Of a DNA stretch of 64,000 bases, positions 1 through 11,277 are shown in pieces (position 1 is the stretch's first letter; the number at the start of each line of letters is the position of its first letter). The stretch covers positions 3,063 through 67,062 of the forward strand of contig CAKQTH010000003.1 of assembly GCA_934276635.1 (NCBI GenBank), in the 5' to 3' direction. The position numbers were made by a program, and so were the translations under genes. The notes under the pieces are model-generated. The model searched no databases and was not told where the DNA came from. It worked only from the letters and a program-made list of their open reading frames with translations. This DNA is from an uncultured Alphaproteobacteria bacterium. GTDB taxonomy: Bacteria; Pseudomonadota; Alphaproteobacteria; RF32; CAG-239.

Positions 1-1468
<1,468 letters not shown>

Positions 1469-1479
1469 TCAACTCCTTA

Positions 1480-4400
1480 TTATTCTTCGTTCAACATTTC
1501 AACATTCAGGCACAAAGACTTAATTTCTTTAACCAAAACATTGAATGATTCCGGAATTCCGGCTTCAAATGCATCATCACCGCGAACAATTGCTTCATAA
1601 ACTTTGGTTCTTCCGTTTACATCATCAGACTTAACGGTGAGCATTTCCTGCAAGGTATAGGCTGCGCCGTATGCCTGCAATGCCCAAACTTCCATTTCAC
1701 CGAATCTTTGTCCGCCGAATTGAGCTTTACCACCAAGCGGCTGCTGTGTAACCAGAGAATAAGATCCGACCGAACGAGCGTGCATCTTATCATCAACCAT
1801 GTGGTGCAGCTTAATCATATAAATGATACCGACTGTAACTTTACGGTCAAACTTTTCACCTGTACGGCCGTCATACAAATCTATCTGACCAGATGTCGGC
1901 AAGCCTGCCAGGGTCAGCATTCTGTTGATGTCGTCTCCGTTGGCTCCGTCAAATACCGGAGTTGCCATCGGAATACCGTTTTTCAGGTTGGAAATCATTT
2001 CCATTTTTTCATCTTCGTTCAATACGGCAATTTGCTTGTCATACTGCTTGTCACCGTAAATTGTGCGAAGTTGTGCGTTCAATTCATCAATGGTCTTTTC
2101 ACCTTTTTTGTATTGTTCGCAAAGTTCGTTTAACTGTTTTCCGAGTTCTTTTGCTGCCCAGCCGAGGTGGGTTTCCAAAATTTGTCCCACATTCATACGA
2201 GAAGGCACACCGAGCGGGTTCAAAACGATATCAACCGGCGTTCCGTCTTCGGTATACGGCATATCCTGCAGCGGCAGAACTCTTGAAATTGTACCTTTGT
2301 TACCATGGCGGCCGGCGATTTTATCACCGGTTTGAATCTTGCGCTTGCTGGCAATGAAAACTTTAACCATTTTCAAAACGCCCGGCAGCAAATCATCACC
2401 GCGTTGAACTTTTTCAACCTTATCGGCAAAGTGCTTTTGAATCTTTTCAAGACGAGCATCAAAAGCTGCGCCGAATTCTTCGATTCTGGCCATCAATTCT
2501 TCATCTTTGACCACAATCTTGCGCCACTGAGCCGACGGAACATTGTCCAAATCTTCGGCGGTAATAGCCTTTTTCTTTGAAAGTCCCTTCGGAGCATCAA
2601 CAACTTCTTGTCCGACAAGCATTGCTTTCAATCTTGCATTGAAGTTTCTGCGAACGATAGAAATTTCGTCATCGCGGTCTTTTGCCAATGCGGAAATTTC
2701 TTCCTGTTCGATTGCCAGCGCGCGTTCGTCTTTTTCAACGCCGCGACGAGAGAACACATGAACATCGACAACAATACCTTCAATACCCGGCTGAACTCTG
2801 AGCGATGTATCGCGAACATCAGATGCTTTTTCGCCAAAGATTGCGCGGAGCAGTTTTTCTTCTGGAGTAACCGGAGATTCACCTTTCGGAGTAACCTTTC
2901 CGACCAAAATATCGCCGGCCTTAACTTCTGCACCGATATAAACAATACCGGCCTCGTCAAGGTTGCGCAAAGCTTCTTCGCCGACATTCGGAATATCGCG
3001 GGTGATTTCTTCTTGTCCGAGTTTGGTATCGCGAGCCATAACTTCAAATTCTTCAATATGCAAAGAAGTCAAAACATCATCGCGGGATACGCGTTCGGAC
3101 AACAAAATCGCATCTTCGTAGTTCAAACCGTTCCAAGGCATAAATGCAACCAGCATATTTCTGCCGAGCGCCAATTCGCCCATCTCGGTACAAGCACCAT
3201 CGGCAATGATATCGCCGGCCTTAATTTTGTCGCCAACTTTTACCAGCGGAACTTGATTAAGGCAGGTATTCTGGTTAGAACGGCGGAATTTGTGCAGCTT
3301 ATAGATTTCAACACCGACATCGTTTGCTTTTTCGTCCTGAGAACGAATAACGATACGATTTGCATCAACCGCGTCAACAATACCGTCATATTTTGCAACC
3401 AATGTTGCGCCGGAATCTTTTGCCACGGTCGCTTCCATACCTGTTCCGACAAGCGGAGCCTCGTTGCGCAGCAACGGAACTGCTTGTCTCTGCATGTTTG
3501 CGCCCATCAATGCACGGTTAGCATCGTCGTTTTCCAAGAACGGAATTAAAGCCGTTGCCACAGAAACGAGCTGTTGCGGCGCCACATCGATGTAGCTGAT
3601 TTCTTCCGGTCTTGCAAACTCAAATTCACCGGCTTTACGGCAGGCGATAAGGTCATGAGCGAATGTACCGTCGTCATTGACTTTTGCGTTTGCTTCCGCA
3701 ATTTTATATTTTCCTTCTTCATCGGCCGAAAGATATACAACTTCAGAGGTAACTTTGCCGTCTACAACTTTGCGGTACGGGCATTCAATAAAGCCGTATT
3801 TGTTGATGCGGGCATAGGTTGCCAAAGAGTTAATCAAACCAATGTTCGGTCCTTCAGGAGTTTCAATCGGGCAGATACGGCCATAGTGAGTCGGGTGTAC
3901 ATCTCGAACCTCAAATCCGGCTCTGTCACGGCTCAAACCGCCCGGGCCCAATGCAGACAAACGACGCTTGTGAGAAATTTCGCAAAGCGGGTTGTCCTGA
4001 TCCATAAATTGAGACAGCTGAGAAGATCCGAAAAACTCTCTGATAACTGAGGCAATCGGTTTAGCATTAATCAAATCCTGCGGTTTTACATTTGCCAAAA
4101 CTTCAGAGCTCATCTTTTCGCGTGTGGCTCTTTCCATACGAATCAAACCCATACGATATTGATTTTCCATCAATTCACCGACGCTGCGAACACGACGATT
4201 GCCCAAGTGGTCAATATCATCAACTTCACCTTTGCCGTCGCGGATTTCAACCAATCTCTTTACAATACGCAAAATATCGTCTTTGCGCAATGTGCGGTAT
4301 GTATCCGGAGCATCGTCAAACGAAATATCCAACGCGTTGTTCATTTTTACGCGGCCGACAGCAGACAAGTCATATCTGTCCTCTTCAAAGAACAAGCCTT

Positions 4401-5640
4401 TGAACAGCTGGTGGGCAGCCTCGTATGTCGCCGGTTCTCCCGGACGCATAACGCGATAAATATCAAACAAAGCTTCTTCGCGGTTGCTGTTTTTATCAAC
4501 AGCCAAAGTGTTGCGGATATACGGGCCTACATTTACACCATCAATATACAAAGTGTCGATTTCTTTAACCTTTGCGGCAACAAGTTTGTCAAGCAGTTCT
4601 TCATTGATTTCGGCACCTGCTTCAGCCAAAACTTCGCCGGTTTTCGCAACAACAATATCTTTTGCCAAGAATTTGCCATAAAGGTTTTCTTTGGCAACCA
4701 GATAATATTCCAAACCGTCTTCAGCCAATTTTCTGGCTGTTCTCGGAGTCAGCTTTCTGCCTTTTTCAAGAACGGTTTCGCCGTTTGCGGCATTAACCAG
4801 ATCAAAGTCAAACTTAACGCCTTTCATTCTTTCTGGAACAAACTTAACTTTCCAGTTCTTTTTGTCGGCAACATAGCTTTCGGTTTCATAGAAATAAGCA
4901 AGAATTTCTTCTTTGCTCATACCCTTGATTTCCATCGGGTCGATAGACTTGCCTTCTTTTTTCAGTTCGGTAATCTTTTTCATTGTTTCGTCAGAATACA
5001 ACGCATAAAGCATTGAGCTGAGCGGAATCTTTCTTCTGCGGTCGATACGAGCGTACAGAATATCTTTTGCATCAAACTCAAAATCGAGCCACGAGCCACG
5101 ATACGGAATTACGCGGGCAGAGAACAAATATTTTCCCGACGATACGGTTTTGCCGCCGTCATGATCAAAAAAGATACCTGGAGAACGGTGCATCTGAGAA
5201 ACGACAACGCGCTCGGTACCATTAAAAATAAATGTTCCGTTTTCGGTCATGAGCGGAATATCGCCCATATAAACATCTTGTTCCTTAATGTCGTGAACAG
5301 ACTTGGCTCCCGTTGCCTCGTCAATATCCCAAACAATAAGACGCAATGTCGCGCGAACAGATGCGGCATATGTCATATCGCGTTTGAGACATTCATCAAC
5401 ATCATATTTCGGCTCCTCGAGTTCGTATTTCACAAAATCGAGTTCACCTGTTTCTGAAAAATCCTTAATCGGAAAAATATCTTGAAAAACTTTTTCAAGC
5501 CCGAATTCGCTTTCTTTGTTATTGATAAAAGCGTCATACGAAGCCGTTTGGACTTCAATCAGGCTCGGCATATCAGCAACGGGCTCGATTCGTCCGAAGT
5601 TTTTTCTTACACGTTTTTTGCTCGTATAAGATTCTTTCAT
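1480..5640 (-). CDS. rpoB: DNA-directed RNA polymerase beta subunit (1386 aa)
   Basis: Track ORF is 1480..5700. I prefer ATG at 5640 ([39 protein letters not shown]), a typical proteobacterial beta N-terminus. Conserved blocks are present throughout, e.g. [17 protein letters not shown] and [26 protein letters not shown]. Confidence 0.98.
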   Translation of the reverse strand: MKESYTSKKRVRKNFGRIEPVADMPSLIEVQTASYDAFINNKESEFGLEKVFQDIFPIKDFSETGELDFVKYELEEPKYDVDECLKRDMTYAASVRATLRLIVWDIDEATGAKSVHDIKEQDVYMGDIPLMTENGTFIFNGTERVVVSQMHRSPGIFFDHDGGKTVSSGKYLFSARVIPYRGSWLDFEFDAKDILYARIDRRRKIPLSSMLYALYSDETMKKITELKKEGKSIDPMEIKGMSKEEILAYFYETESYVADKKNWKVKFVPERMKGVKFDFDLVNAANGETVLEKGRKLTPRTARKLAEDGLEYYLVAKENLYGKFLAKDIVVAKTGEVLAEAGAEINEELLDKLVAAKVKEIDTLYIDGVNVGPYIRNTLAVDKNSNREEALFDIYRVMRPGEPATYEAAHQLFKGLFFEEDRYDLSAVGRVKMNNALDISFDDAPDTYRTLRKDDILRIVKRLVEIRDGKGEVDDIDHLGNRRVRSVGELMENQYRMGLIRMERATREKMSSEVLANVKPQDLINAKPIASVIREFFGSSQLSQFMDQDNPLCEISHKRRLSALGPGGLSRDRAGFEVRDVHPTHYGRICPIETPEGPNIGLINSLATYARINKYGFIECPYRKVVDGKVTSEVVYLSADEEGKYKIAEANAKVNDDGTFAHDLIACRKAGEFEFARPEEISYIDVAPQQLVSVATALIPFLENDDANRALMGANMQRQAVPLLRNEAPLVGTGMEATVAKDSGATLVAKYDGIVDAVDANRIVIRSQDEKANDVGVEIYKLHKFRRSNQNTCLNQVPLVKVGDKIKAGDIIADGACTEMGELALGRNMLVAFMPWNGLNYEDAILLSERVSRDDVLTSLHIEEFEVMARDTKLGQEEITRDIPNVGEEALRNLDEAGIVYIGAEVKAGDILVGKVTPKGESPVTPEEKLLRAIFGEKASDVRDTSLRVQPGIEGIVVDVHVFSRRGVEKDERALAIEQEEISALAKDRDDEISIVRRNFNARLKAMLVGQEVVDAPKGLSKKKAITAEDLDNVPSAQWRKIVVKDEELMARIEEFGAAFDARLEKIQKHFADKVEKVQRGDDLLPGVLKMVKVFIASKRKIQTGDKIAGRHGNKGTISRVLPLQDMPYTEDGTPVDIVLNPLGVPSRMNVGQILETHLGWAAKELGKQLNELCEQYKKGEKTIDELNAQLRTIYGDKQYDKQIAVLNEDEKMEMISNLKNGIPMATPVFDGANGDDINRMLTLAGLPTSGQIDLYDGRTGEKFDRKVTVGIIYMIKLHHMVDDKMHARSVGSYSLVTQQPLGGKAQFGGQRFGEMEVWALQAYGAAYTLQEMLTVKSDDVNGRTKVYEAIVRGDDAFEAGIPESFNVLVKEIKSLCLNVEMLNEE

Positions 5641-5732
5641 TGTTTTTATCCCTTTATGGTTAAAATCCTGCGACAATCCCGGCATAAAGCACCCCGTCAA
5701 CAGGAGGTTGATATATCAGCTAAATTAAAAGA

Positions 5733-5765
5733 CGCCAAACCGTAGGGAATCTGCCCCTCTTGGCG
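5733..5765 (-). terminator. Hairpin plus U-rich tail 93 nt upstream of the rpoB start; candidate terminator or attenuator in the rpoB leader
   Basis: Minus strand reads UUUUUUU-CGCCAAG-AGGG-gcagauu-CCCU-acgg-UUUGGCG-UCUUUUAAUUUA. The outer stem CGCCAA/TTGGCG is at 5733-5738 and 5760-5765. By analogy with the known rplL-rpoB attenuator of E. coli; not verified. Confidence 0.35.
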
Positions 5766-6112
5766 AAAAAAATCAGAATAATTGCATGCAATTGTTACTA
5801 TTGTAACCGAATTCAGCGCGAATGTACTACATTTTTTTTAATTTGACAAGTAAAAAAGCATAGAAAAATTGACTATAAAACCGATATTTTCGACCTGTTT
5901 TTTGCGACTTTTTAAAGACGGATTTTGCATGTTTTTCCCGATTCGTTTTGCACAAAATAGGGATAAAGTCATTTTTGCAACCATTGCGGCCATACAGCGG
6001 TTCCGATTGCCGACAAATCGCCGCTTTTGAGCACGGAAAAAGAGGATCGACATTTTCGACCCCCTTTAATCTTTATAAAGGAAAATGAAATTAAATAATT
6101 TCCTTAATCTTT

Positions 6113-6544
6113 TTATTTTTTGGCAGTTTTCTTGTATTCATCTGCCAAAGACTTCATCAATTCATTAAATTCATCTTCTCCGAGCTCTTCTTTGAGTTCA
6201 TTGATAGATCGTTCAACTTCGCTGACAAAGTTATCAGGATACGGAATTTCAGGAACATGCCTTACAGAGACATCATATGCGTTTGCAATTTCCTTTTTGG
6301 GACCAACTCGCTCAATTACCAAAACTTTTTCCGCTTTGTTCAATCTTTCGCGAATTTCAAGCAATATATTTGTCAAAAGAAAAGCTTTTTTGTTGTTGCG
6401 GGTCAGTATTGCACAGTTTTTACCGTCATACATCAGGTCTGCACTGACTATCATTCCCTCATCGATATCTAAAGCGATGCCGAGTTCATTATCTTTGGTT
6501 ACAAAAAACTCAAAATCATCAACCCAAATTTTTTCTAAAGACAT
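6113..6544 (-). CDS. Hypothetical protein, 143 aa, soluble with an acidic C-terminal helix
   Basis: Clean track ORF (MSLEKIWVDDFEFFVTKDNELGIALD...). No family recognised by eye. It lies 40 nt downstream of the 103-aa membrane ORF on the same strand. Confidence 0.6.
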   Translation of the reverse strand: MSLEKIWVDDFEFFVTKDNELGIALDIDEGMIVSADLMYDGKNCAILTRNNKKAFLLTNILLEIRERLNKAEKVLVIERVGPKKEIANAYDVSVRHVPEIPYPDNFVSEVERSINELKEELGEDEFNELMKSLADEYKKTAKK

Positions 6545-6584
6545 ACATCTTCCCCTTTCCGTTTATACTGTTTAGCAGCAAGAC

Positions 6585-6896
6585 TTATCTCTCCGAGGCC
6601 TTTCTATCGCTAATTTTGTTACGAATAGTATCAATACCTGCAGCTGATGCACCAGCCAAAACCGGAACAGCAATTCCAAGACCTGTGATTACAGCACCCG
6701 CTGTCGGAGATACACTCATAGCTGTTGCGGTTATTGCTGTCATATAGCCCATAATTCCGCCCGTAGTCAATCCAACTGCATGATTTTTTGAAAACTCTCT
6801 CAATCTGTTACCGATTGACTGTCTTCCTGCGCTGAACTTTTCAGCCTGCCCATAAGCCTTGCCTGCGTCAGCTTTGCTTCTAATTGCTATTGTCAT
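6585..6896 (-). CDS. Hypothetical small membrane protein, 103 aa, Gly/Ala-rich (glycine-zipper-like) hydrophobic core
   Basis: Track ORF. The core is GLTTGGIMGYMTAITATAMSVSPTAGAVITGLGIAVPVLAGASAAG, with repeated small-xxx-small spacing. A candidate promoter lies upstream. Confidence 0.55.
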   Translation of the reverse strand: MTIAIRSKADAGKAYGQAEKFSAGRQSIGNRLREFSKNHAVGLTTGGIMGYMTAITATAMSVSPTAGAVITGLGIAVPVLAGASAAGIDTIRNKISDRKASER

Positions 6897-6965
6897 TGTT
6901 TTTCTCCTTTATAAATAAATATCGTTTATATGTTAAATATTAGTTACTTTACTAACTTTAATATC

Positions 6966-6994
6966 AATTTATCATTATTTTCTTTTTTTGTCAA
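6966..6994 (-). promoter_or_regulatory. Candidate sigma70-type promoter for the 103-aa/143-aa gene pair
   Basis: Minus strand reads TTGACA (6994..6989), 17-nt spacer, TAAATT (6971..6966), about 70 nt upstream of the ATG at 6896. The -35 is also half of an inverted repeat, TGTCAA-N7-TTGACA. Confidence 0.3.
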
Positions 6995-7121
6995 TATTTT
7001 TTTGACAGAATTCTTGACAAATTATAACTACTCACAATATCTATTTATTTCAAGTATACTTTTTTGCTTTTTAACAGATTTTATTTTTATTTGCAAGTTT
7101 TTTATACCTCGAAAAATCGGA

Positions 7122-7150
7122 TAAAAAAATATCCGCCGAATCCGACGGAT
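7122..7150 (-). terminator. Rho-independent terminator after the 63-aa membrane ORF
   Basis: Minus strand reads AUCCGUCG-gauu-CGGCGGAU (8 bp including one G-U pair) followed by a U7 run (plus-strand A7 at 7123-7129). It starts 17 nt after the stop at 7167. Confidence 0.5.
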
Positions 7151-7166
7151 ACAAAAAACTTTTCGC

Positions 7167-7358
7167 TCATTTCGGCAGTTGATCGCGACCGTCAAGATTT
7201 CCGATAACAATCAGCACCAAAGCCAGAAATGACAGCAAAGAAACCATGAAACCGAGAGAATTTGCGAATATAAACTCTATCACCAGACCGACGATAAAAG
7301 TCACAACCAGCAAAATTGCCTCAAGCCCCTTTTCTTCCATAAATTTTTTCATAGGCAT
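7167..7358 (-). CDS. Hypothetical small membrane protein, 63 aa, two hydrophobic helices
   Basis: Track ORF (…LEAILLVVTFIVGLVIEFIFANSLGFMVSLLSFLALVLIVIG…) bracketed by a candidate promoter and terminator. Confidence 0.45.
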   Translation of the reverse strand: MPMKKFMEEKGLEAILLVVTFIVGLVIEFIFANSLGFMVSLLSFLALVLIVIGNLDGRDQLPK

Positions 7359-7397
7359 AAAAATTTTAATTTGCAGAATAATTGGTTATCGGGTTTG

Positions 7398-7426
7398 TTT
7401 GTATCATTTTTCACTCGTTTTGTCAA
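7398..7426 (-). promoter_or_regulatory. Candidate sigma70-type promoter for the 63-aa ORF
   Basis: Minus strand reads TTGACA (7426..7421), 17-nt spacer, TACAAA (7403..7398), about 40 nt upstream of the ATG at 7358. Confidence 0.3.
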
Positions 7427-7878
7427 CATATTCGAGTGCGAATCGCAAAACCGCAAAATCTATTTGAAATAAAACATTATTCCGCACTTGTTCTCCGTAC
7501 TTGAGCAAACGCATATATCAGAAGAAATCGATATAATGGAAGAGGCTTTTATTTGCGCATATGTATAATATTTCGTTGCCGTCTTATCATTAAGCCCCAT
7601 AATTGCACCCATATTAGATGCGAAACCCTAATTTGCCATCACCAAAGCTACACAAGATTCTTTTGAAATGTTAAAAATACTTATATTAAAAACATCACAG
7701 CTGCTGGAAATGTTTATATTTCCTCCAAGCGCATGTTTTGGTGTGCAACCGCTGTTTGTGCAATCTTTTGCCATTTCTTCCTGATAAATCCCGAGATTAT
7801 ACGCCATTTTATGGTTAAACCTTTATAATTCCCCTGAAATGAAAATATCGTACGAACATTTGTCGCGACTGTGGATAC

Positions 7879-8026
7879 CTAATCAATCAGTTTGTTTGTC
7901 TTATACTTTGTCATATCTTTGGAATAATAGGCAATACCGGCAGCGGACAAAACTCCAACAATGACCAACACGCCGAGCATTTCAATCATCGAACTACCGC
8001 CCTGATTCGAAACATATTTTTTTCAT
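7879..8026 (-). pseudogene. Prepilin-like (type IV pilin / pseudopilin N-terminus) fragment, frameshifted at an A7 run
   Basis: My translation: ATG at 8026 gives MKKICFESGR-stop. The adjacent frame reads NQGGSSMIEMLGVLVIVGVLSAAGIAYYSKDMTKYKTNKLID-stop (stop at 7879-7881). Removing one A from the A7 run (plus-strand T7 at 8017-8023) fuses them into MKKYVSNQGG/SSMIEMLGVLVIVGVLSAAGIA, i.e. a basic leader, Gly, Glu at +5 and a hydrophobic helix. At 48 aa it is far too short for a functional pilin. Confidence 0.35.
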
Positions 8027-8088
8027 CTTATTAATCCTGATAAAATATAACCTGAGCGCACCCCCCTTGGCAATTATCAAGGATTTTC

Positions 8089-8482
8089 TCCGATTCGCGA
8101 CACATCTCTTTCCTTTTGATTCATCTTAATTTCACATCAATTCCGCCACGCAAATCCGATTCGCGACACCTATCCGCCGATTCGTTTTAGCAAATTGCTC
8201 AGAGCTCGCCTTCCCGATTCGCCCGACAAGCAAACCTTATGCACTTCTATTCTCCATAGCTTATCCAAACCCGATTCGTTTTTCCTCACACACACGATTC
8301 GCCCTCACAAAACCAATTCGCCCCATTAGCCCGATTCGTCCCGCGCCTCTATCGATTCGCTCCAGTTTCAAAAATTCACTCCTCAACACAACAAACCAGC
8401 CAGCTTTCGCAACGCAAACCGCCACTATTCTCCTGTTTTCCGCCACAATTGCCATTTATTCCCCGCCAACTTCCCCGATTCG
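8089..8482 (+). repeat. Same-orientation array of the 8-mer CCGATTCG: 7 exact copies plus 3 one-mismatch copies in ~400 bp of non-coding DNA
   Basis: Exact copies start at 8090, 8156, 8177, 8214, 8271, 8331 and 8475. Variants are at 8294 (aCGATTCG), 8313 (CCaATTCG) and 8352 (tCGATTCG). The 15-mer TCCGATTCGCGACAC is perfectly repeated at 8089-8103 and 8155-8169. The extended form CCGATTCGTTTT occurs at 8177, 8271, 8475 and also at 5938. Confidence 0.85.
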
Positions 8483-8560
8483 TTTTTTCTCCGCTCGCCA
8501 CTATTTTGCCACAAAAAAAGAGTGCCAATTAACAGCACTCTTTTTCCGATTCTTCATTTT

Positions 8561-9571
8561 TTAGAAGTGTTCATCACAACGACGAATCAAGTCTTCTATA
8601 TTCTCAGGCGGCCAACCCGGAACATCCATTCCGAGGTGAATACCCATCTTTGTCAATACTTCTTTGATTTCGTTCAAAGATTTACGACCAAAGTTCGGCG
8701 TGCGGAGCATTTCTGCTTCTGTCTTCTGTACCAAATCACCGATATAGATGATGTTGTCATTCTTCAGGCAGTTTGCAGAACGAACCGAAAGTTCAAGCTC
8801 TTCAACCTTCTTCAACAAATTACGATTGAACGGAAGCTCTTCTTTCTCCGATTCGCTCTCGCTCTCCGGCTCATCAAAGTTGATGAACGGTTTGAGCTGA
8901 TCTTGCAGAATACGGGCAGAATAAGCAACCGCATCTTCCGGTGTGATAACGCCGTTGGTTTCAACAACCAAAGTCAGCTTATCATAGTCCGTAATTTGTC
9001 CGACACGGGTATTTTCAACCTTGTATGAAACTTTCTTTACCGGAGAATAAATTGCGTCTACGGCAATCAGTCCGATAGGAGCATCAGCTGCCTTGTTCTG
9101 ATATGCCGGAACATAACCTTTTCCGGTGTTAACGGTCATTTCGATATTGATGCTTGCGCCGGCGTCAAGATTGCAGATTACCAATTCAGGATTCTTAATC
9201 TCAACATCGTGTCCGGTATCAATCATTCCGGCTGTAACGGTGCAAGGACCGGTAGCTTTCAAAGTCATGGTTTTTGTGCCTTCGTTATGAACGGCGACTG
9301 CCAGACATTTGATATTCAGAACGATATCCGTAACATCTTCACGAACGCCGGAGATTGTAGAAAACTCGTGCAAAACTCCGTCGATTTTGATAGCCGTAAC
9401 CGCACCGCCCTGCAGCGATGAAAGCAACACTCTTCTCAAAGCATTACCCAAGGTTAAGCCAAATCCTCTTTCAAGGGGTTCAACCACTATTTTGGCTCTG
9501 TTTTTGCCTTCGCCCGAAACAACTTCCAAATTAGTCGGTTTAATAAGTTCTTGCCAATTTTTTTGAATCAC
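8561..9571 (-). CDS. rpoA: DNA-directed RNA polymerase alpha subunit
   Basis: 336 aa. [17 protein letters not shown]… and the C-terminal domain …[23 protein letters not shown]… are classic alpha-subunit motifs. Follows rpsK as expected. Confidence 0.97.
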   Translation of the reverse strand: MIQKNWQELIKPTNLEVVSGEGKNRAKIVVEPLERGFGLTLGNALRRVLLSSLQGGAVTAIKIDGVLHEFSTISGVREDVTDIVLNIKCLAVAVHNEGTKTMTLKATGPCTVTAGMIDTGHDVEIKNPELVICNLDAGASINIEMTVNTGKGYVPAYQNKAADAPIGLIAVDAIYSPVKKVSYKVENTRVGQITDYDKLTLVVETNGVITPEDAVAYSARILQDQLKPFINFDEPESESESEKEELPFNRNLLKKVEELELSVRSANCLKNDNIIYIGDLVQKTEAEMLRTPNFGRKSLNEIKEVLTKMGIHLGMDVPGWPPENIEDLIRRCDEHF

Positions 9572-9671
9572 CGGTATATCCTCTTAAGTTTTTTGTAGTG
9601 CATATGCATATTTTAAAAGTGTCGCGGCAACGAAACCATCGGCCGATAGTTTCGCTGCCATATAAATCTGA

Positions 9672-10061
9672 TTAGACGCGGCGTCTCTTCTTCAAGCGGC
9701 ATCCGTTGTGCGGAACCGGTGTTACATCGCGAATCGATGTAATTGTGAAGCCGACTACCTGCAATGCTCTGATAGCAGATTCTCTTCCGGAACCCGGACC
9801 TTTAACTTCAACCTCGAGGGTTTTCATTCCGTTTTCCTGAGCTTTTTTACCTGCTTCTTCAGCAGCAACCTGTGCTGCATACGGAGTAGACTTTCTTGAG
9901 CCTTTGAAGCCTTGCGCACCGGCTGTCGACCAAGAAACCGTATTTCCCTGAGCATCAGTGATTGTTACTCTTGTGTTGTTGAAAGAAGAATCCACATGGG
10001 CTACACCCGCCGTGATATTCTTTTTCTCTTTTTTCTTAACGCGTTGTACTGCTTTTGCCAT
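9672..10061 (-). CDS. rpsK: 30S ribosomal protein S11
   Basis: 129 aa, …[22 protein letters not shown]…[13 protein letters not shown]; conserved operon position. Confidence 0.97.
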   Translation of the reverse strand: MAKAVQRVKKKEKKNITAGVAHVDSSFNNTRVTITDAQGNTVSWSTAGAQGFKGSRKSTPYAAQVAAEEAGKKAQENGMKTLEVEVKGPGSGRESAIRALQVVGFTITSIRDVTPVPHNGCRLKKRRRV

Positions 10062-10077
10062 TTGGTGCTACCTCTTA

Positions 10078-10446
10078 CTATTTCTTCTTATTCGCAACGG
10101 TCTTGCGTTTACCTTTACGGGTTCTGGCATTTTGTTTTGTACTCTGACCACGAACAGGCAGACCTTTACGATGTCTTAAACCTCTGTAACATCCAAGATC
10201 CATAAGTCTTTTGATGTTTACGCCAACTTCACGACGAAGTTCACCTTCAACGAGGTATTCCTTGTCGATTACTTCACGAATTTTTGCGACTTCTTCATCG
10301 CTCAACTGATGAACGCGGCGATTGAGGTCAACTCCAGATTTTGCACAAATATCTTGAGCAGTTTTTCTCCCGATACCAAAAATATATGTCAAAGCGACTT
10401 CTATTCTTTTGGCTGTCGGAATATTTACACCAGCTATACGAGCCAA
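10078..10446 (-). CDS. rpsM: 30S ribosomal protein S13
   Basis: 122 aa, [26 protein letters not shown]…; conserved operon position. Confidence 0.97.
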   Translation of the reverse strand: MARIAGVNIPTAKRIEVALTYIFGIGRKTAQDICAKSGVDLNRRVHQLSDEEVAKIREVIDKEYLVEGELRREVGVNIKRLMDLGCYRGLRHRKGLPVRGQSTKQNARTRKGKRKTVANKKK

Positions 10447-10584
10447 ATTAACTCTCCATTTCTATAAATTAGTTATTACATTCAAAAAATTGATCACCAT
10501 TTTTCAAAATTAAGCCGGATTATATGCTAATATTTCTTTTAGTCAACTATTTCTTTTAAAGAAATTCGTTTTTTTCATAAAAAC

Positions 10585-11268
10585 TTAATCTTTTATCTCA
10601 ATTCCCAAAACATTATCAATTTTTTTGCTCACGGCCTCAATCGTCCCCGTCCCGTCAACGCATCTGAGCAATCCCTGCTTTTCAAAATAAGGAATCGTCG
10701 GATATGTCAACGAACGATAGTTAATCAAACGATTTTGCACCGTTGTGCGATTGTCATCCTGTCTGCGCGAAAACTCTGTCCCGCCGCACTTATCGCAGAC
10801 ACCGTAAACCTTCGGCTTATGAAACTTGTCATGATAGCCCTCGCCGCAGCGCATACAGGTATATCTGCCGAGAATTCTCTCCATGATAATCTCGTCGGGA
10901 ACCTGTATCTCTATTACGGCCGTCAATTTGACATTTTTTTCTTTGAGCATCTCATCAAGATATTGAGCCTGCGGCAATGTACGCGGAAATCCGTCCAAAA
11001 TAAAGCCTTTTTCGCAGTCTTTTTGTGCGATTCGCGATTTTATCATCGATATAATCATCTCATCTGACACAAAATTTCCGCCAGCCAGCAATTCTCCGAT
11101 TTTTTTCCCGAGTTCGCTGCCGCTTTGCGCTTCCGCCCTGAGCATCTCTCCGGTGGAAAGATGGGGAATATGCACCTTGTTGCTGAGAATACGAGCCTGC
11201 GTGCCCTTACCGCACCCGGGAGCACCCGTAAAAACCACAAACAGACCCGCATTCTTATTCATTTTCAA
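10585..11268 (-). CDS. adk: Adenylate kinase with a Cys4 lid
   Basis: P-loop GAPGCGKGTQ; lid CMRCGEGYH…CDKCGG. Its position between secY and rpsM is the arrangement I know from alphaproteobacteria. The true start may be the second ATG at 11262. Confidence 0.93.
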   Translation of the reverse strand: MKMNKNAGLFVVFTGAPGCGKGTQARILSNKVHIPHLSTGEMLRAEAQSGSELGKKIGELLAGGNFVSDEMIISMIKSRIAQKDCEKGFILDGFPRTLPQAQYLDEMLKEKNVKLTAVIEIQVPDEIIMERILGRYTCMRCGEGYHDKFHKPKVYGVCDKCGGTEFSRRQDDNRTTVQNRLINYRSLTYPTIPYFEKQGLLRCVDGTGTIEAVSKKIDNVLGIEIKD

Positions 11269-11277
11269 TCCTCCGCC

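Noticed and set aside
1708-5485. Numerous plus-strand track ORFs inside rpoB, and analogous antisense or out-of-frame ORFs inside secY, lptD, infB and the T4SS genes
   Set aside because: They are shadow ORFs on the opposite strand or in an alternative frame of strongly supported long genes. Their composition mirrors the sense-strand codons, and none has independent support.
5838-6053. Track ORF of 71 aa on the minus strand upstream of rpoB
   Set aside because: The product is basic and low-complexity, there is no ribosome-binding site, and the ORF overlaps the region carrying regulatory-looking motifs. It is probably non-coding.
8261-8455. Track ORF of 64 aa on the minus strand inside the motif array
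   Set aside because: Its sequence is dominated by RIG/RIGF tripeptides, which are simply the translation of the repeated CGAATCGG motif. It has no Shine-Dalgarno sequence and no recognisable fold, so it is most likely an artefact of the repeat.
8089-8482. CRISPR array
   Set aside because: The repeat unit is only 8-15 bp, the spacings are irregular (18-123 bp), the repeats are not palindromic 24-40-mers, and no cas genes are present.
6900-8520. Possible chromosomal replication origin: an AT-rich stretch at 6900-7120, near-consensus DnaA boxes TGTGGATAC at about 7870 and TTATCCAAA at about 8261, and clustered GANTC sites
   Set aside because: There are only two one-mismatch DnaA-box-like 9-mers. 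The highly expressed ribosomal and rpoBC genes on both sides all point the same way, so one flank would be head-on to replication. No dnaA, hemE or parAB context is present. GC skew cannot be computed here.
10735-10870. The adenylate kinase Cys4 lid as something unusual
   Set aside because: Zinc-lid Adk variants occur in many bacteria, including some Gram-negatives. It is noted in the feature evidence but is not a distinctive finding.
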